Assembly (NCBI RefSeq): GCF_006345805.1
Contig: NC_042998.1
Span: 152,954,001-153,018,000 of the forward strand
Reading direction: 5' to 3'
From: Octopus sinensis
Lineage: Eukaryota
DNA: 64,000 bases
Translations under genes and position numbers: made by a program
In this document: positions 24,399-36,960 of the stretch, one piece after another
How the letters are laid out: each line of letters begins with the position of its first letter
Numbering within the stretch: the first letter of the stretch is position 1
Notes under the pieces: model-generated
Database searches by the model: none
What the model was told of the DNA's origin: nothing
Seen by the model: only the letters and a program-made list of their open reading frames with translations

Positions 24399-26262
24399 AA
24401 AAGGGCTTAGTAAAATAAATTACTTTGCCGCATACTGAACTCATCAGAAATAGCAGCTAAAAAAAACTTTTTTAAAACTATTTCTAATACTTAAAGTAAA
24501 CCTCTCTCATATAGTGTTTGCTCAATTCAACTCACGAAAATATGGGGGTAGAGACAATAAAAAATCAAATGCAAAGGTTATTTGAGAACGTACGTTTCAA
24601 GATTAGTCAAACTCGACATTTCTATCATCAGCTCAGAACTCCCTGGTTTGGATTTGAAAACACTGAAAGTGGGAGCATACCCTTTCGGCTTCTTATCGCT
24701 TCTGAAGATCTGCTCGTAACTAACAGTGCCAACAAACTCAAAAATGCAAGCGAAGAATTTCTGCTCTCCCCTTTCCACCAGCGTGGGTTAAAATCAGTAA
24801 ACACTATGCTTTTTTCGGTAAAATCCGGGGCATTATATATAGAGAGATGAATTATAATTTCAACAATTGAGGGTAAAATTAATTAATTAATCAATTTCAC
24901 CAAGTATTCAGTATGCAAAGGGACCATTTAAGGCGAATTCAAATTATTACATTATATAAAAGGGCTTAGTAAAATAAATTACTTTGCCGCATACTGAACT
25001 CATCAGAAATAGCAGCTAAAAAAAACTTTTTTAAAACTATTTCTAATACTTAAAGTAAACCTCTCTCATATAGTGTTTGCTCAATTCAACTCACGAAAAT
25101 ATGGGGGTAGAGACAATAAAAAATCAAATGCAAAGGTTATTTGAGAACGTACGTTTCAAGATTAGTCAAACTCGACATTTCTATCATCAGCTCAGAACTC
25201 CCTGGTTTGGATTTGAAAACACTGAAAGTGGGAGCATACCCTTTCGGCTTCTTATCGCTTCTGAAGATCTGCTCGTAACTAACAGTGCCAACAAACTCAA
25301 AAATGCAAGCGAAGAATTTCTGCTCTCCCCTTTCCACCAGCGTGGGTTAAAATCAGTAAACACTATGCTTTTTTCGGTAAAATCCGGGGCATTATATAGA
25401 GAGAGATGAATTATAATTTCAACAATTGAGGGTAAAATTAATTAATTAATCAATTTCACCAAGTATTCAGTATGCAAAGGGACCATTTAAGGCGAATTCA
25501 AATTATTACATTATATAAAAGGGCTTAGTAAAAAAGTTTTTTTTAGCTGCTATTTCTGATGAGTTCAGTATGCGGCAAAGTAATTTATTTTACTAAGCCC
25601 TTTTATATAATGTAATAATTTGAATTCGCCTTAAATGGTCCCTTTGCATACTGAATACTTGGTGAAATTGATTAATTAATTAATTTTACCCTCAATTGTT
25701 GAAATTATAATTCATCTCTCTCTATATAATGCCCCGGATTTTACCGAAAAAAGCATAGTGTTTACTGATTTTAACCCACGCTGGTGGAAAGGGGAGAGCA
25801 GAAATTCTTCGCTTGCATTTTTGAGTTTGTTGGCACTGTTAGTTACGAGCAGATCTTCAGAAGCGATAAGAAGCCGAAAGGGTATGCTCCCACTTTCAGT
25901 GTTTTCAAATCCAAACCAGGGAGTTCTGAGCTGATGATAGAAATGTCGAGTTTGACTAATCTTGAAACGTACGTTCTCAAATAACCTTTGCATTTGATTT
26001 TTTATTGTCTCTACCCCCATATTTTCGTGAGTTGAATTGAGCAAACACTATATGAGAGAGGTTTACTTTAAGTATTAGAAATAGTTTTAAAAAAGTTTTT
26101 TTTAGCTGCTATTTCTGATGAGTTCAGTATGCGGCAAAGTAATTTATTTTACTAAGCCCTTTTATATAATGTAATAATTTGAATTCGCCTTAAATGGTCC
26201 CTTTGCATACTGAATACTTGGTGAAATTGATAATTAATTAATTTTACCCTCAATTGTTGAAA
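24399..26262. repeat. 559-bp unit array: two direct copies plus an inverted duplication
   Basis: Copies at 24399-24957 and 24958-25516, stub at 25517-25533; inverted full unit at 25605-26163 plus partial units; palindrome centre ~25560; TA-rich tracts on both sides. Confidence 0.95.
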
Positions 26263-26399
26263 TATATATATATATATATAATATAATATAATATATATAT
26301 ATATATATAATATAATATATATATTATATATATATATATAATATAATATATATATATATAATATAATATAATATATATATATAATATAATATAATATTT

Positions 26400-26757
26400 G
26401 AACCAGCCAGAATTGAACCAGCCAGGATCCCTGGTCTGGTGGTACGTAAAAGCACTATCTGACTCGTGGCTGATGCCAGCACCGCCTCGACTGGCTTCCG
26501 TGCCGGTGGCACATAAAATACACCAATCTGACTGTGGCCGTGCCAGCCCCGCCTGGCACCTGTGCAGGTGGCACGTAAAAAGCACCCACTACACTCACGG
26601 AGTGGTTGGCGTTAGGAAGGGCATCCAGCTGTAGAAACATTGCCAAATTAGACTGGAGCCTGGTGCAGCCTTCTGGCTTCCCAGAACCCCGGTCGAACCG
26701 TCCAACCCATGCTAGCATGGAGAACGGACGTTAAACGACGATGATGATGATGATGAA
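26400..26757 (+). mobile_element. RTE 3'-end fragment (repeat array plus (GAT)n tail)
   Basis: gtgccggtggcac units; ends ggacgttaaacgacgatgatgatga. Confidence 0.85.
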
Positions 26758-26959
26758 TATATATATATATATAATAATATAATATATATATATAATATAT
26801 ATATAATATAATAATATAATATATATATAATATAATATAATATATATATATATAATATAATATATATATATAATATAATATAATATATATATAATTAATA
26901 TAATATATTATATATATATATATATAATATATAATATATAATATAATATAATATATATA

Positions 26960-26993
<34 letters not shown>

Positions 26994-27003
26994 ATATAAT
27001 ATA

Positions 27004-27037
<34 letters not shown>

Positions 27038-27044
27038 CGTATGT

Positions 27045-29398
27045 ATGATGGGAAAGTGACACCGACATTAGTTTCAGATCACAACATAATAGAGGTGTCT
27101 ATGTTTGGGCCGAAAGTAACCAGAGACATACAGCCTAAAGGAAGCACTTGAAATCTCTCCAATCTGAACTGCCACAAAGCAGATTGGAAATCGATCCAAA
27201 AAGAGATCCTTAGAGAGGACTGGCCGGAATGTCTCTTCACACCACACATTGACAGGAAATTAGAATGTTTCATGTCTTCTGTGCAAGCCGTATGCCAGAA
27301 ATATGTCCCAGAGCACAAGGCCAAAACAAATAGGAGCAAGATTCCAAGAGACAGGAAGATCTTCATGAGATGACGGACGAAGGTTGCAAATCGTCTCAAC
27401 CAAAAGTAGCGAAACATCTCGCCTAAAAAAAACACTGATGGAGATCGAAAAAAAGGCTGCAACAATCCTATCTGAGGGAGAAAGCGGACAAAGAAGCCTG
27501 GGTTATAAAAAACATTAAATCAAACCCAAAGGCCTTCTTTCATTACGCGAAAGAAACAGTCTCAGTACACTACAAGATAGGACCCCTCCTCCAAAAGGAT
27601 GGCTCCTTCACAGACAGTCCAACTAAGATCAGTGAGATGTTGGAACACAGACAAGTGAATGAACCAGTGGACTTCATTGCTGCCTGTAACCAGCGAGGCG
27701 GTTACAATAGAATGTACTGACATTAGCGAAGAAGATGTCCTACTAGCCATAGATGAAGTGGACACAAACTCAACTGCTGGTCCAGATGGTTTCCCAGCAA
27801 TCCTCCTCAAAGTGTGTAAGTATGCCCTGGCAAAACCCCTCAAGTTTCTCTTCCAGAGCTTTCTTACAAATGGCAAACTGCCAAGCAAGCTGAAGGAGGG
27901 AATAATATGCCCAATACATAAAGGGGGAAGTAGAGCACATGCCAAAAACTATAGGCCTATCTCTCTGACTTCACACATCACCAAAGTCATGGAACGGATA
28001 GTCAGAAAGAAACTAATCGCATTCCTTGAGGAAAATAACTTGCTGAGTGATACCCAGCATGGTTTTCGACCAGGAAGGAGCTGCCTGACCCAGCTCCTAC
28101 AACATTTTGACTGGGTGTAGAGGCAGTTACTCAACAAATCAAATGTGGACGTAATCTACCTTGATTCTGCAAAAGATTTTGACAAGGTGGATCATGGTAT
28201 GATATGCCACAAACTGCATGACCTTGGCATAGCTGGAAAACTTGGAGTGTGGTTAAATGACTTCCTGAAAGATAGGAGTTAGGCAGTAGTGGTTAATGGA
28301 GCCACCTCTATGAACACACAAATAGTGAGTGGTGTTACACAGGGCACTGTCTTGGGACCACTGCTTTTTATAGTGGCCATCTCAGATATGCTCTCAAATG
28401 CCTGGATAGCCACTCTGGCAAGCTATGCAGACGATACGAAAGTCTCGCAGAAAATACAGAACCCCAGCGATGTTGCACACCTGCAGCAGGAGTTGGACTC
28501 AATCTACAGATGGGCTGAGGATAATAATATGCAGTTTAATGCTGAAAAATTCCAGGCCCTGTGCTACCAGCATCCAAAACTGAATATTAAACTTACAGGA
28601 TACACCGGTCCACAGGGAATTTCAATCCCAGAGCCTAAGTCTGTGAGGGACCTGGGTATCGACATGAGTGAGGATACCTCTTTCCAAGTGCACATTACCA
28701 GGATGGCGACTAAATGCAGACGACTGGCTGGATGGATCCTAAGAACATTCAGAACCAGAGATAAGGAAACCATGATGGTCCTCTGGCGGACATTCGTCCT
28801 CAGCCGCCTGGATTACTGCTCACAGCTATGGTCACCCACCAGTGTGAAATTAACAGCGGACATTGAAGCAATCCAGAGAAGATTCACAAAGAAGATCGTC
28901 TCTTTGCAACAGCTCAACTACTGGGAAAGGTTGAAACAGATAAGACTCTACTCCCTGGAGAGAAGACAGGAGAGGTATGCAGTAATATGTATCTGGAAGA
29001 CCCTGGAAGGAATTGTGCCAAATTTTGGCATTGTAAGCTACACCAATGCTAGAACGGGACGACACTGCATAGTGCCAAAGATCCCAGCAGTGCCATCACG
29101 CTTTTGGACCAGCTACTGCAACAGCCTGGGTTTCAAGGGCCCACAGCTTTTTAATATTCTCCCAATGAGTCTGAGGAACTTGCACAAAGTAGATGTAGCG
29201 GTTTTTAAATCAAAGCTGGACATCTTCCTGCCGAGAGTCCCAGATGAACCTACCTCACGGCAAGAGGTGCAAATGAGAGTAGCTATATGAAACTCCATTC
29301 TTCACCAAGTGCCACATATGAGAGGAGGTTCTTCGTAATAACAGTGTAGCACAAAACAGCGGTGCATCAGCAAGGCTGCAGCTCTGAGCTGAAACAAG

Positions 29399-29405
<7 letters not shown>
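27045..29405 (+). mobile_element. CR1-like LINE, 5'-truncated, with stops
   Basis: SDHNII endonuclease end; RT NYRPISLTS, QHGFRPGRSC, GPLLF, YADDTK; C-terminal GPQLFNILP...FKSKLDIFL; A-rich tail. Confidence 0.9.
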
Positions 29406-29720
<315 letters not shown>

Positions 29721-29827
29721 TTTGATACTTTGATAGGTTTCGGCCATTATTGGCCCAGGCCATGTCTAACTTAATAGCACCACCTGGAAATGTATATATA
29801 TATATATATATACATTTCCAGGTGGTG

Positions 29828-29868
<41 letters not shown>

Positions 29869-29898
29869 AAAAAGGAGATGTAGAACACGAGTTGTGAG

Positions 29899-30338
29899 AT
29901 ATAAAAAAAGGAAATGAAGAAAATGCTGACAAAATACTTTAAGTAAGGGAGAGTGTATTTAATTAGGCGAAAGTTCTTTTTTTAAACAAAAAAAGAGAAA
30001 AATTGGGTTAGAATACAATGTTCATTTTTTGTGAATAATTTCAGCGTATAAGAAAAAAAATAAGAGTCTTTTACAGTCTTTTTTTATTCTACACTGAAAT
30101 CTGACATTGAACTTTTCCACAAAAAACTGTTTATTACACGCTTTTACTAAATATCTTATTCTGAAACAGAACACTGTAAAAGACTCTTACTTTTTTTCTT
30201 ATACACTGAAATCATTCACAAAAAATGAACATTGTATTGTAACCCAATTTTTCTCTTTTTTTGTTTAAAAAAGAACTTTCACCTAATTAAATACACTCTC
30301 CCTTACTTAAATTCTTTTGTCAGCATTTTCTTCATTTC

Positions 30339-30348
<10 letters not shown>
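29899..30348. mobile_element. Fold-back MITE-like element
   Basis: ~175-bp imperfect inverted arms (about 29899-30077 and 30173-30348), ~95-bp spacer, TA flanks, no ORF. Confidence 0.7.
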
Positions 30349-30375
<27 letters not shown>

Positions 30376-30569
30376 GGCGGTGCCCCAGCATGGCCACAGC
30401 TCATGAGCTGAAACTAGAATCAATCAATCAATCAATATATATATATACATATGTATATATATAAATATATATATATATACATATGTATGTATATATATAA
30501 ATATATATATATACATATGTATATATATAAATATATATATATATATATACATACGTATATATATATATA

Positions 30570-31390
30570 TCTATGAAGCTACCGTGAACTCTATAACCAC
30601 TAAAGACACCATTTCGATGAAGAAATACGTGGGCCTTACAGAGGGTAATTTCAAGGCCAGGTTCAATAACCACACCTTGAGTTTTAAGCACTGGAATAAA
30701 AGAAAAGCGACAAAATTATCTAATCATATTTGGTCTTTAAAAGATAAAGGTGTCGATTATAACATCCATTGGAAGATTTTGGCCGCGGAAAGTGCGGTCT
30801 ATGCAACATGGAGAGATAGCTTATCTGGAAAAGCAGCTTAGACCCTACTACATGTCTAAACTCAAGGACAGAACTTTTCGGATCATGCCCACATGTGACT
30901 AAATTTTTGTTACGGTTTTGGTCCCCTAAAGAAAACAGATAGAACTTGCTTTCGGATCATCATCACAAATTAGACTAAATAAGGAAACATTCTTCATTGA
31001 AAAGTACAAACCCAGACTCAACTATCCGAACTCAATAATACAGAGAAATTCACACTAAAGGAAAAAAAATTTTTTTAAGCGATTATCTCCCTTACACCAG
31101 AAGAAATCACTCACTACTTTCCCTTATTTAGAACTCTCCGTAGCAAAAATACAAGGATTACGTTATTAAAAATAAACATTAAGTCACAAGAAATTTGAAG
31201 AGCTAACTGCGAAACCGGTATTTCTTTAAAAATTATAAAATTATGTCATTTTAAGGAAAGGAAAAAAATTTTTCCAATATTCTCCAGACATTTTGATGCA
31301 AATATATATATATTTTAACATTTAAACCTTCTGTCGTTTTTTCACTCTTTACTATTTTCTTATATATTCACCCACGTGCTTTACCAAACA
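30570..31390 (+). mobile_element. Second Penelope-like remnant (GIY-YIG fragment plus 3' region)
   Basis: IYEATV...[21 protein letters not shown]...[10 protein letters not shown]...WKILA followed by a CGLCNMER-like Cys motif; element end approximate. Confidence 0.7.
31188..31227 (+). ncRNA. Candidate minimal hammerhead ribozyme
   Basis: AAGAAAT-TTGAAGA-GC-TAACT-GC-GAAAC-CG-GTA-TTTCTT: near-canonical core, short stem II, palindromic ACCGGT stem III, GUA triplet, AGAAA/TTTCT stem I. Confidence 0.5.
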
Positions 31391-31396
31391 AACTTT

Positions 31397-31437
<41 letters not shown>

Positions 31438-32989
31438 TATATATGTTTGTGTGTGTGTGTGAGTATATACACTCACTGAAGAACTGTTCTTCCATAATGG
31501 CACATAACTGGAATTATAATTTTATCATCAATTGTGCCAAGGATGACTTTTCTAACTGTACCTAATTCTCTTTAAGAAGGAGTAATATATCTGCATTTAA
31601 GCTCAACTAAGGAATTTGGATTATGGTCTTAAGAGGTCATGGAATGCTGAGACCCTAGTTGTTAACATTCAATTCAATCATTTATTTTAAAGACCAATAC
31701 TAATTGCTTTTGTTTGTTATTAATACTGTAATATGTGTTAATGAGCAAATCATTTGAAAATTTGCAATTTTCATGTAACTCTCCAATATGAATTTTCAAC
31801 TAAACATTTGAGAAACAATTGTAATTTTTCACAAGAAATTAACACTTAAATTTGAAGTCATACTGAAAAGTGCCATGCACAAGACTCTCAGCTCTTAAGT
31901 TATCTTTGTAAATTTCTGCCAATTAAAAAAAAAAACAATTTTTAAAAAATTAAGATTCAAAAATTTCAAAACTTAAAATCAAAAATTAAAATTCAAGTGC
32001 TGAGTTCTGTTTCTCTTTTCATTTTACAAAACCTAAATATCGTCATCATTTAAGGTCCACTTTTCCATACTCCTATGAGTCAGGCAGAACATTTCACCTG
32101 TTTCCAAACAAGTTAATATTTCCTAAAACAGGATACATTTTCCTAAAAGATGGGAAATATAGGACACCATTTGTATGACAGGGATGCTTGTTTACAGCTA
32201 CCACATGATGTCAAGAAAAGAAGACACAAACACACACACACATACAAGACAAGCTTCTTTCAGTATCAATCCATAAATTCACTCACAAGGCTTTGATTAG
32301 ATGAGGAGTATAACAGAAGACACCTGCTCAAAATGCAAGGCAATGAGAGTGAACCTGAAAACATGTACTCGAGAAGTGAACTTCTTAACCACATGCCTAT
32401 GCCTAACAAAGTTCCGATGCTGAAATCATACCTGGGATACACACAAACTTATATATTCAGTATATTCTTTCCACATTATGCATTCTGCTTGAGGTAAATG
32501 TCAGCTCAGTGTACAAACACAAACTCATTGAAACCTAACTCAATTTATGCCCTATACACTACCATATATCCTCATACATTAAAACTTTTCTTTCAAATCC
32601 ACTCTTCAAAGACCAAGTCAACTCAACAACCTGCCTATTATAGAGATAATATCTACAGATTTTAAATCGTTACTATGCATATCCCTCAGTAACCATATAT
32701 TTGTAATTTTGCATATTATATCCCATACATCTTCAATGAAATTTGTTTTTGTTTCAGTATCTGTTCTAGAGTTCCCAGTTATTTCACTTTCTCTTGATTT
32801 CATTTCACTGCCCTGGATATTAAATTCTCAAAGAATATTTGTATACTTAGATTCAGTTATATTGAGCTTTTGGTGTACATCTTATTCCTTTTGTTTTTAT
32901 TCATACTTTCTATATAATTCCCATTCCCTTATATTCTTTCTGAGTGAATTAAGTGTATTATTTTTATTATCACAAACCAGCCAACTCAC

Positions 32990-33093
32990 CAAATATTTCA
33001 AGCCCTCTAGTATTTGTTTGGTGTAGAAAACTATGGTTGGCTCAGCATCTTTCAAAGGACCCCACTTGGATCGCAAAAGCTGAGACAGACTGC
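32990..33093 (-). CDS. MAP3K5: ASK1-family MAP3K exon
   Basis: ttttag|GC AGT CTG...TAT TTG|gtgagt; (G)[34 protein letters not shown], with the ASK-specific [11 protein letters not shown] motif; 104 nt. Confidence 0.95.
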
Positions 33094-33899
33094 CTAAAAG
33101 AAAAACAGAAATTGTCAATAAAATATATAAATACATACACTTATAAACAAATTACATATATATCTGTAAATAATTAACAAATCTACACAGCATACATAAA
33201 CGAAGCGCTAATGAGGCAGTGGTGACCTACAACAATTAACATCTTTGAACTTCATAAATATTACCATTTACATATTGCAGAGCTCGCTAAAAGAAACAAT
33301 GATTATTTAATTAGTAACACAAGCAACAAAGACAAAATATTACAATACAATACCATATACAAACATCAAATAACATATGTGAAGTTACATGAATGTGATA
33401 CAAACACATGTATATACTCACAGATGTAATGAAATGTAGTCAGTAGCCCAAAATGAAAAAAATATATAACCTATCACAATGTTATGTAAAAGAAGAAGGA
33501 AGTATATACTGCTCTCACAAATATGTCTAGAAGTCTCAACATGATGTGACCAGACAAATATAGTGGCAAAATTTACTTTCATTTATTAAGTTAAAACATT
33601 TAAATACAAAAAAAAAAAAAAAAGAAAAGGGTGGGGCAAGCAGCAGAAACAGGGGGAAGGAGCAATGGGCCACACATAGCATTGCTGTGGAGAACGGCCA
33701 GTGACAATCACTGCAGCAGCCACAGGACTCATTTCTGAGATGGACCACCATTATCCTGATTTTGCGGAAGAAATTAGTAATAGGCTTCTTTCTGCTTATA
33801 AAATAATTTTTCTTGATGTCTCTAATTAACACAAACTAACAGTAGCTGATTTTTCTCTCCTCCACATTAAATATTCTGATACTCAGATTTATTGTTGAT

Positions 33900-34343
33900 A
33901 CAGCAAGGTTGGAGCCAGAGAATATGTCGCTGCACATCATACACCAGACTAGGGATCTTCCTCCCTCGAATGGGAAGAGGATTATTCCATCAGGGTGCTT
34001 ACCATCCCTGTTGTCAAGACCTACTGGCTCCAGCTAAGATAGGAAACCAACTGTATTAAGGCCCCTTCTAATTAAGTCATTCAGAGTGGTGTGTTGGTGA
34101 CATCAGCCCATGCTAAGGCTGCAAGATAATGGATGCAAACCAAATTCATCAACTACCACTCCACAACATTTGTGTGACCACTCCAATATGAGTGCACTCG
34201 TTATCTAAAAGGGTACTAGAAGATGAGGATGGCACTGAATTGAGCCATGCACTGCTATTTTGCAGCAAAGCAGAACAGAGGCAACGAAAGTAGTGCTGGT
34301 CCAATGATGTCTCAACCTGCTTGAAAGTGGCCTTCAGTAGCAA
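33900..34343 (-). mobile_element. CRE-like (restriction-like endonuclease) non-LTR retrotransposon remnant
   Basis: SAWLNSVPSSS...LLDNE, then LHPLSC...H..LNDLIRRGL...LEPVGLDNRDGKHPDGIILFPFEGGRSLVW with stops: Zn-knuckle plus PD-D/ExK-like region. Confidence 0.65.
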
Positions 34344-34766
34344 AATAGTTACTAATCTAGTGCTCTTGAAGTTATTGATAATTTATTAGGTTGAGTGTTC
34401 AAGGCTATACCACTTAAATCATGTTGTCTCCATCAATCCTGCTGGAAACACTAGATTGATTCAATAAAGTGCAGTGAGTTATAGGGAAAATTGTATGTAT
34501 AATGTTTGTTTTATTAGCTTACTGCATCAAATACAACCCAATTACACACTTGAAAAAGAAAAATCTACTTTTTCTGAAAATCTTATAGATGCTTTGCCTT
34601 TACCTATTCAATGGTGATACAAAATCCAAAATAGATATTGCTCCCATTTCGAGGTTGAATATTTCGTATAAGAATGATTGTTACAGCTGTAACTCAAAAC
34701 AATACAGGTATGGATAGAACAAAACAGATTTAGAGGGGGAATTGTACAACCATAAAGTGATCATAC

Positions 34767-34894
34767 CTCCAGGGACTTGCTCCATGAAAATCTTAAAAAA
34801 ACCATCTTCACTAACAGAACCAAGGTATTTAACAATATTTTTGTGACTCAGATGGGAGTGTAACTTTATCTCTTCATGGAGTGGTTGAACTTCT
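34767..34894 (-). CDS. MAP3K5: ASK1-family MAP3K exon (alphaC to hinge)
   Basis: tttcag|A GAA GTT...GGA G|gtatga; [42 protein letters not shown]; 128 nt. Confidence 0.95.
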
Positions 34895-34906
34895 CTGAAA
34901 TAACAA

Positions 34907-34907
<1 letters not shown>

Positions 34908-34957
<50 letters not shown>

Positions 34958-35016
34958 CAGCAGCAGCAGCAGTAGCAGCAGCAGGTAGCTGTAGAAGTAG
35001 TAGTAGCAGTAGTAGT
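34908..35016. repeat. (AGT)n/(AGC)n trinucleotide microsatellite next to a splice acceptor
   Basis: Direct reading; ends about 13 nt upstream of the exon 34767-34894 acceptor on the minus strand. Confidence 0.95.
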
Positions 35017-36399
35017 GACCACACACTAGAACTCAAACAAATTTTTAGCAGAAAAGTATAGTTCACTGAAGTATAACTGTACTGAATTCAAAATGAACAG
35101 AGACATAATAAAGAAAATATTGGTTTCAAATTTTGGAACAAGGCCAGCAAGTTCAGGGAGTGGGTAAGTCAATTGCATCAACCTCAGAGTTCAACTGGTA
35201 TTTATTTCATCAACCCGAAAAGGATGGAAGGCAAGGTCAACTTCAGTGAAATTTGAACTCAGAATGTTAAGACAAACAAAATGACACTAAGCATTCTGTT
35301 TGACGTGATAACAACTCTGCCAGCTCATCACCTTGAGATGGAAGAAAATACTGCCAGACATTTATAAATATCATGAGCTAGTTATTATTTATTTTGTCCA
35401 TAGCTCTGATTATTCATCTCACTTTTTATTTTATTTTCTTTCTTTTTTTTACAGTGGCTTGACTTTATAAATTTGCAGAGTCAAGTATGCAGCTGATTGA
35501 ATTAACTACTAAGTAACTTGAACCCAGAACATAGAGGAATGAAAGTAGTGCAAGTCTAATACTCTACCTTTCCCACTACTAAATAATAATAAAGAGAATA
35601 ACACAACTGAAGATGTTTAAGATGAAAGTGATAAAGTAATAACAATATAAAATGAATAACAGTGCTTCTATTTTCATTCATACTTTTTCATGAAATCTCT
35701 ATAGCCATCTTCAACCTGGTATCAGTTTCCCAAAATGATTCTATTATCAGAAGCCTATCAAACATAGGCTTATCTACTAATAAATTAATTTTCTTGTGTC
35801 ACGGTCTTGGTTTGAGAATTTAATCACAAGTTTTATACAACTTTGTTCCTGATTCATTAATTCTGCATAGTATTTCTGCATAAAAGTTTTATTTTGTTCA
35901 ACATACCACTGCAACTACTGCAACAACTACAATATGTACCATGCCAAAAGAAAAGAAAAAACTGTTATTTAGTAACTTTCACTTTCCAAATTCAAATAAG
36001 TTTTTAATGTTATTCCTACAATAGCATGTTTCGTTACAATTCAATCTTCTCATTTCAAATATGAATAGAATTTCAAATATTATTTATTAATTTCATCTTT
36101 TTAATATTATTTCCTCTCCACAAAAATTTTCTCATTTTCTTATCAGGTTATGGTTTTTAAAAAATCCATAGTTACACAAAATATGGCTTTTTTTGAGGGA
36201 GAAAAGGGATCTTTCTTGTTTTCTTCCAACCACAAATCTGAAAATTTTCAAATAATGTATTTTTATGTAGTTTTGCATGCTGAGAACAAATATCGCATTC
36301 ATTATTATAGAAAATTAATAATAAAGAAGTTAGAGGCATTCAAGTTTTAAAATATTTTAGTCAATTAATTTCAAACCAGTTGCCCCACAGCAGAAGTCA

Positions 36400-36960
36400 A
36401 AACTGCTTGTTGTAATGGCAACTTCAGTGTATTATTGTTTACTCATACTGCTGTGGATGAAAGAACTGACAACTACTAGGTTTTGGAAGGTGGAATAAGG
36501 GATTGGTATCACTAGTGCAGTAGACTATAAAGATTATTTATGAAAGAAATGCACAGATTTGTCCTGCAATCCAATGAAGATTTGGTGATGGTTTCAGCAG
36601 AATTGCTGAAATAGACAAAATCGTATTTTCTCCTCGAAAATACAACTGGGGTTTAAATACTATCTGAACAGTAGGTTTTTGACAAAATATGTTGTGAAAC
36701 TCAAGAAGTTTTTTGCCTTTTCAAGATCATGACACACTCAAAGATTGCATGTGACAATGAATTCTGCCAGGAACAACTATCTAAATGACTTGTAGCATGT
36801 ATAGCTGCATATTCCTGAGACACCAGCATACCAATTTCACCATAGAAATAGTGTTGGATTTGTGAACTTGTAAAATGAGACAAGAAGAAAGAACTTGGGG
36901 CTGTCTCAAGCAAGGGAATAAATGGTAGTGACACTCATCATTCTACAATAGACTCATATC
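36400..36960 (+). mobile_element. Merlin/IS1016 (ISXO2-like) transposase remnant
   Basis: EIDKIVFSPRKYNWG, EQ*VFDKICCETQEVF and ILPGTTI match the ISXO2 motifs EIDES..RKYNRG, QWVFGGICRET and ILPGTTIISD; heavily degenerate. Confidence 0.6.

Noticed and set aside
24518-26044. 110-aa and 66-aa ORFs present three times
   Set aside because: No recognisable domain, non-ATG start for the 110-aa frame; they recur only because the 559-bp unit is repeated
29725-29765. Minus-strand GGCC-aataat-GGCC-GAAAC, hammerhead-like
   Set aside because: The CUGANGA core is missing four nt, there is no convincing stem I or III, and no adjacent PLE coding sequence
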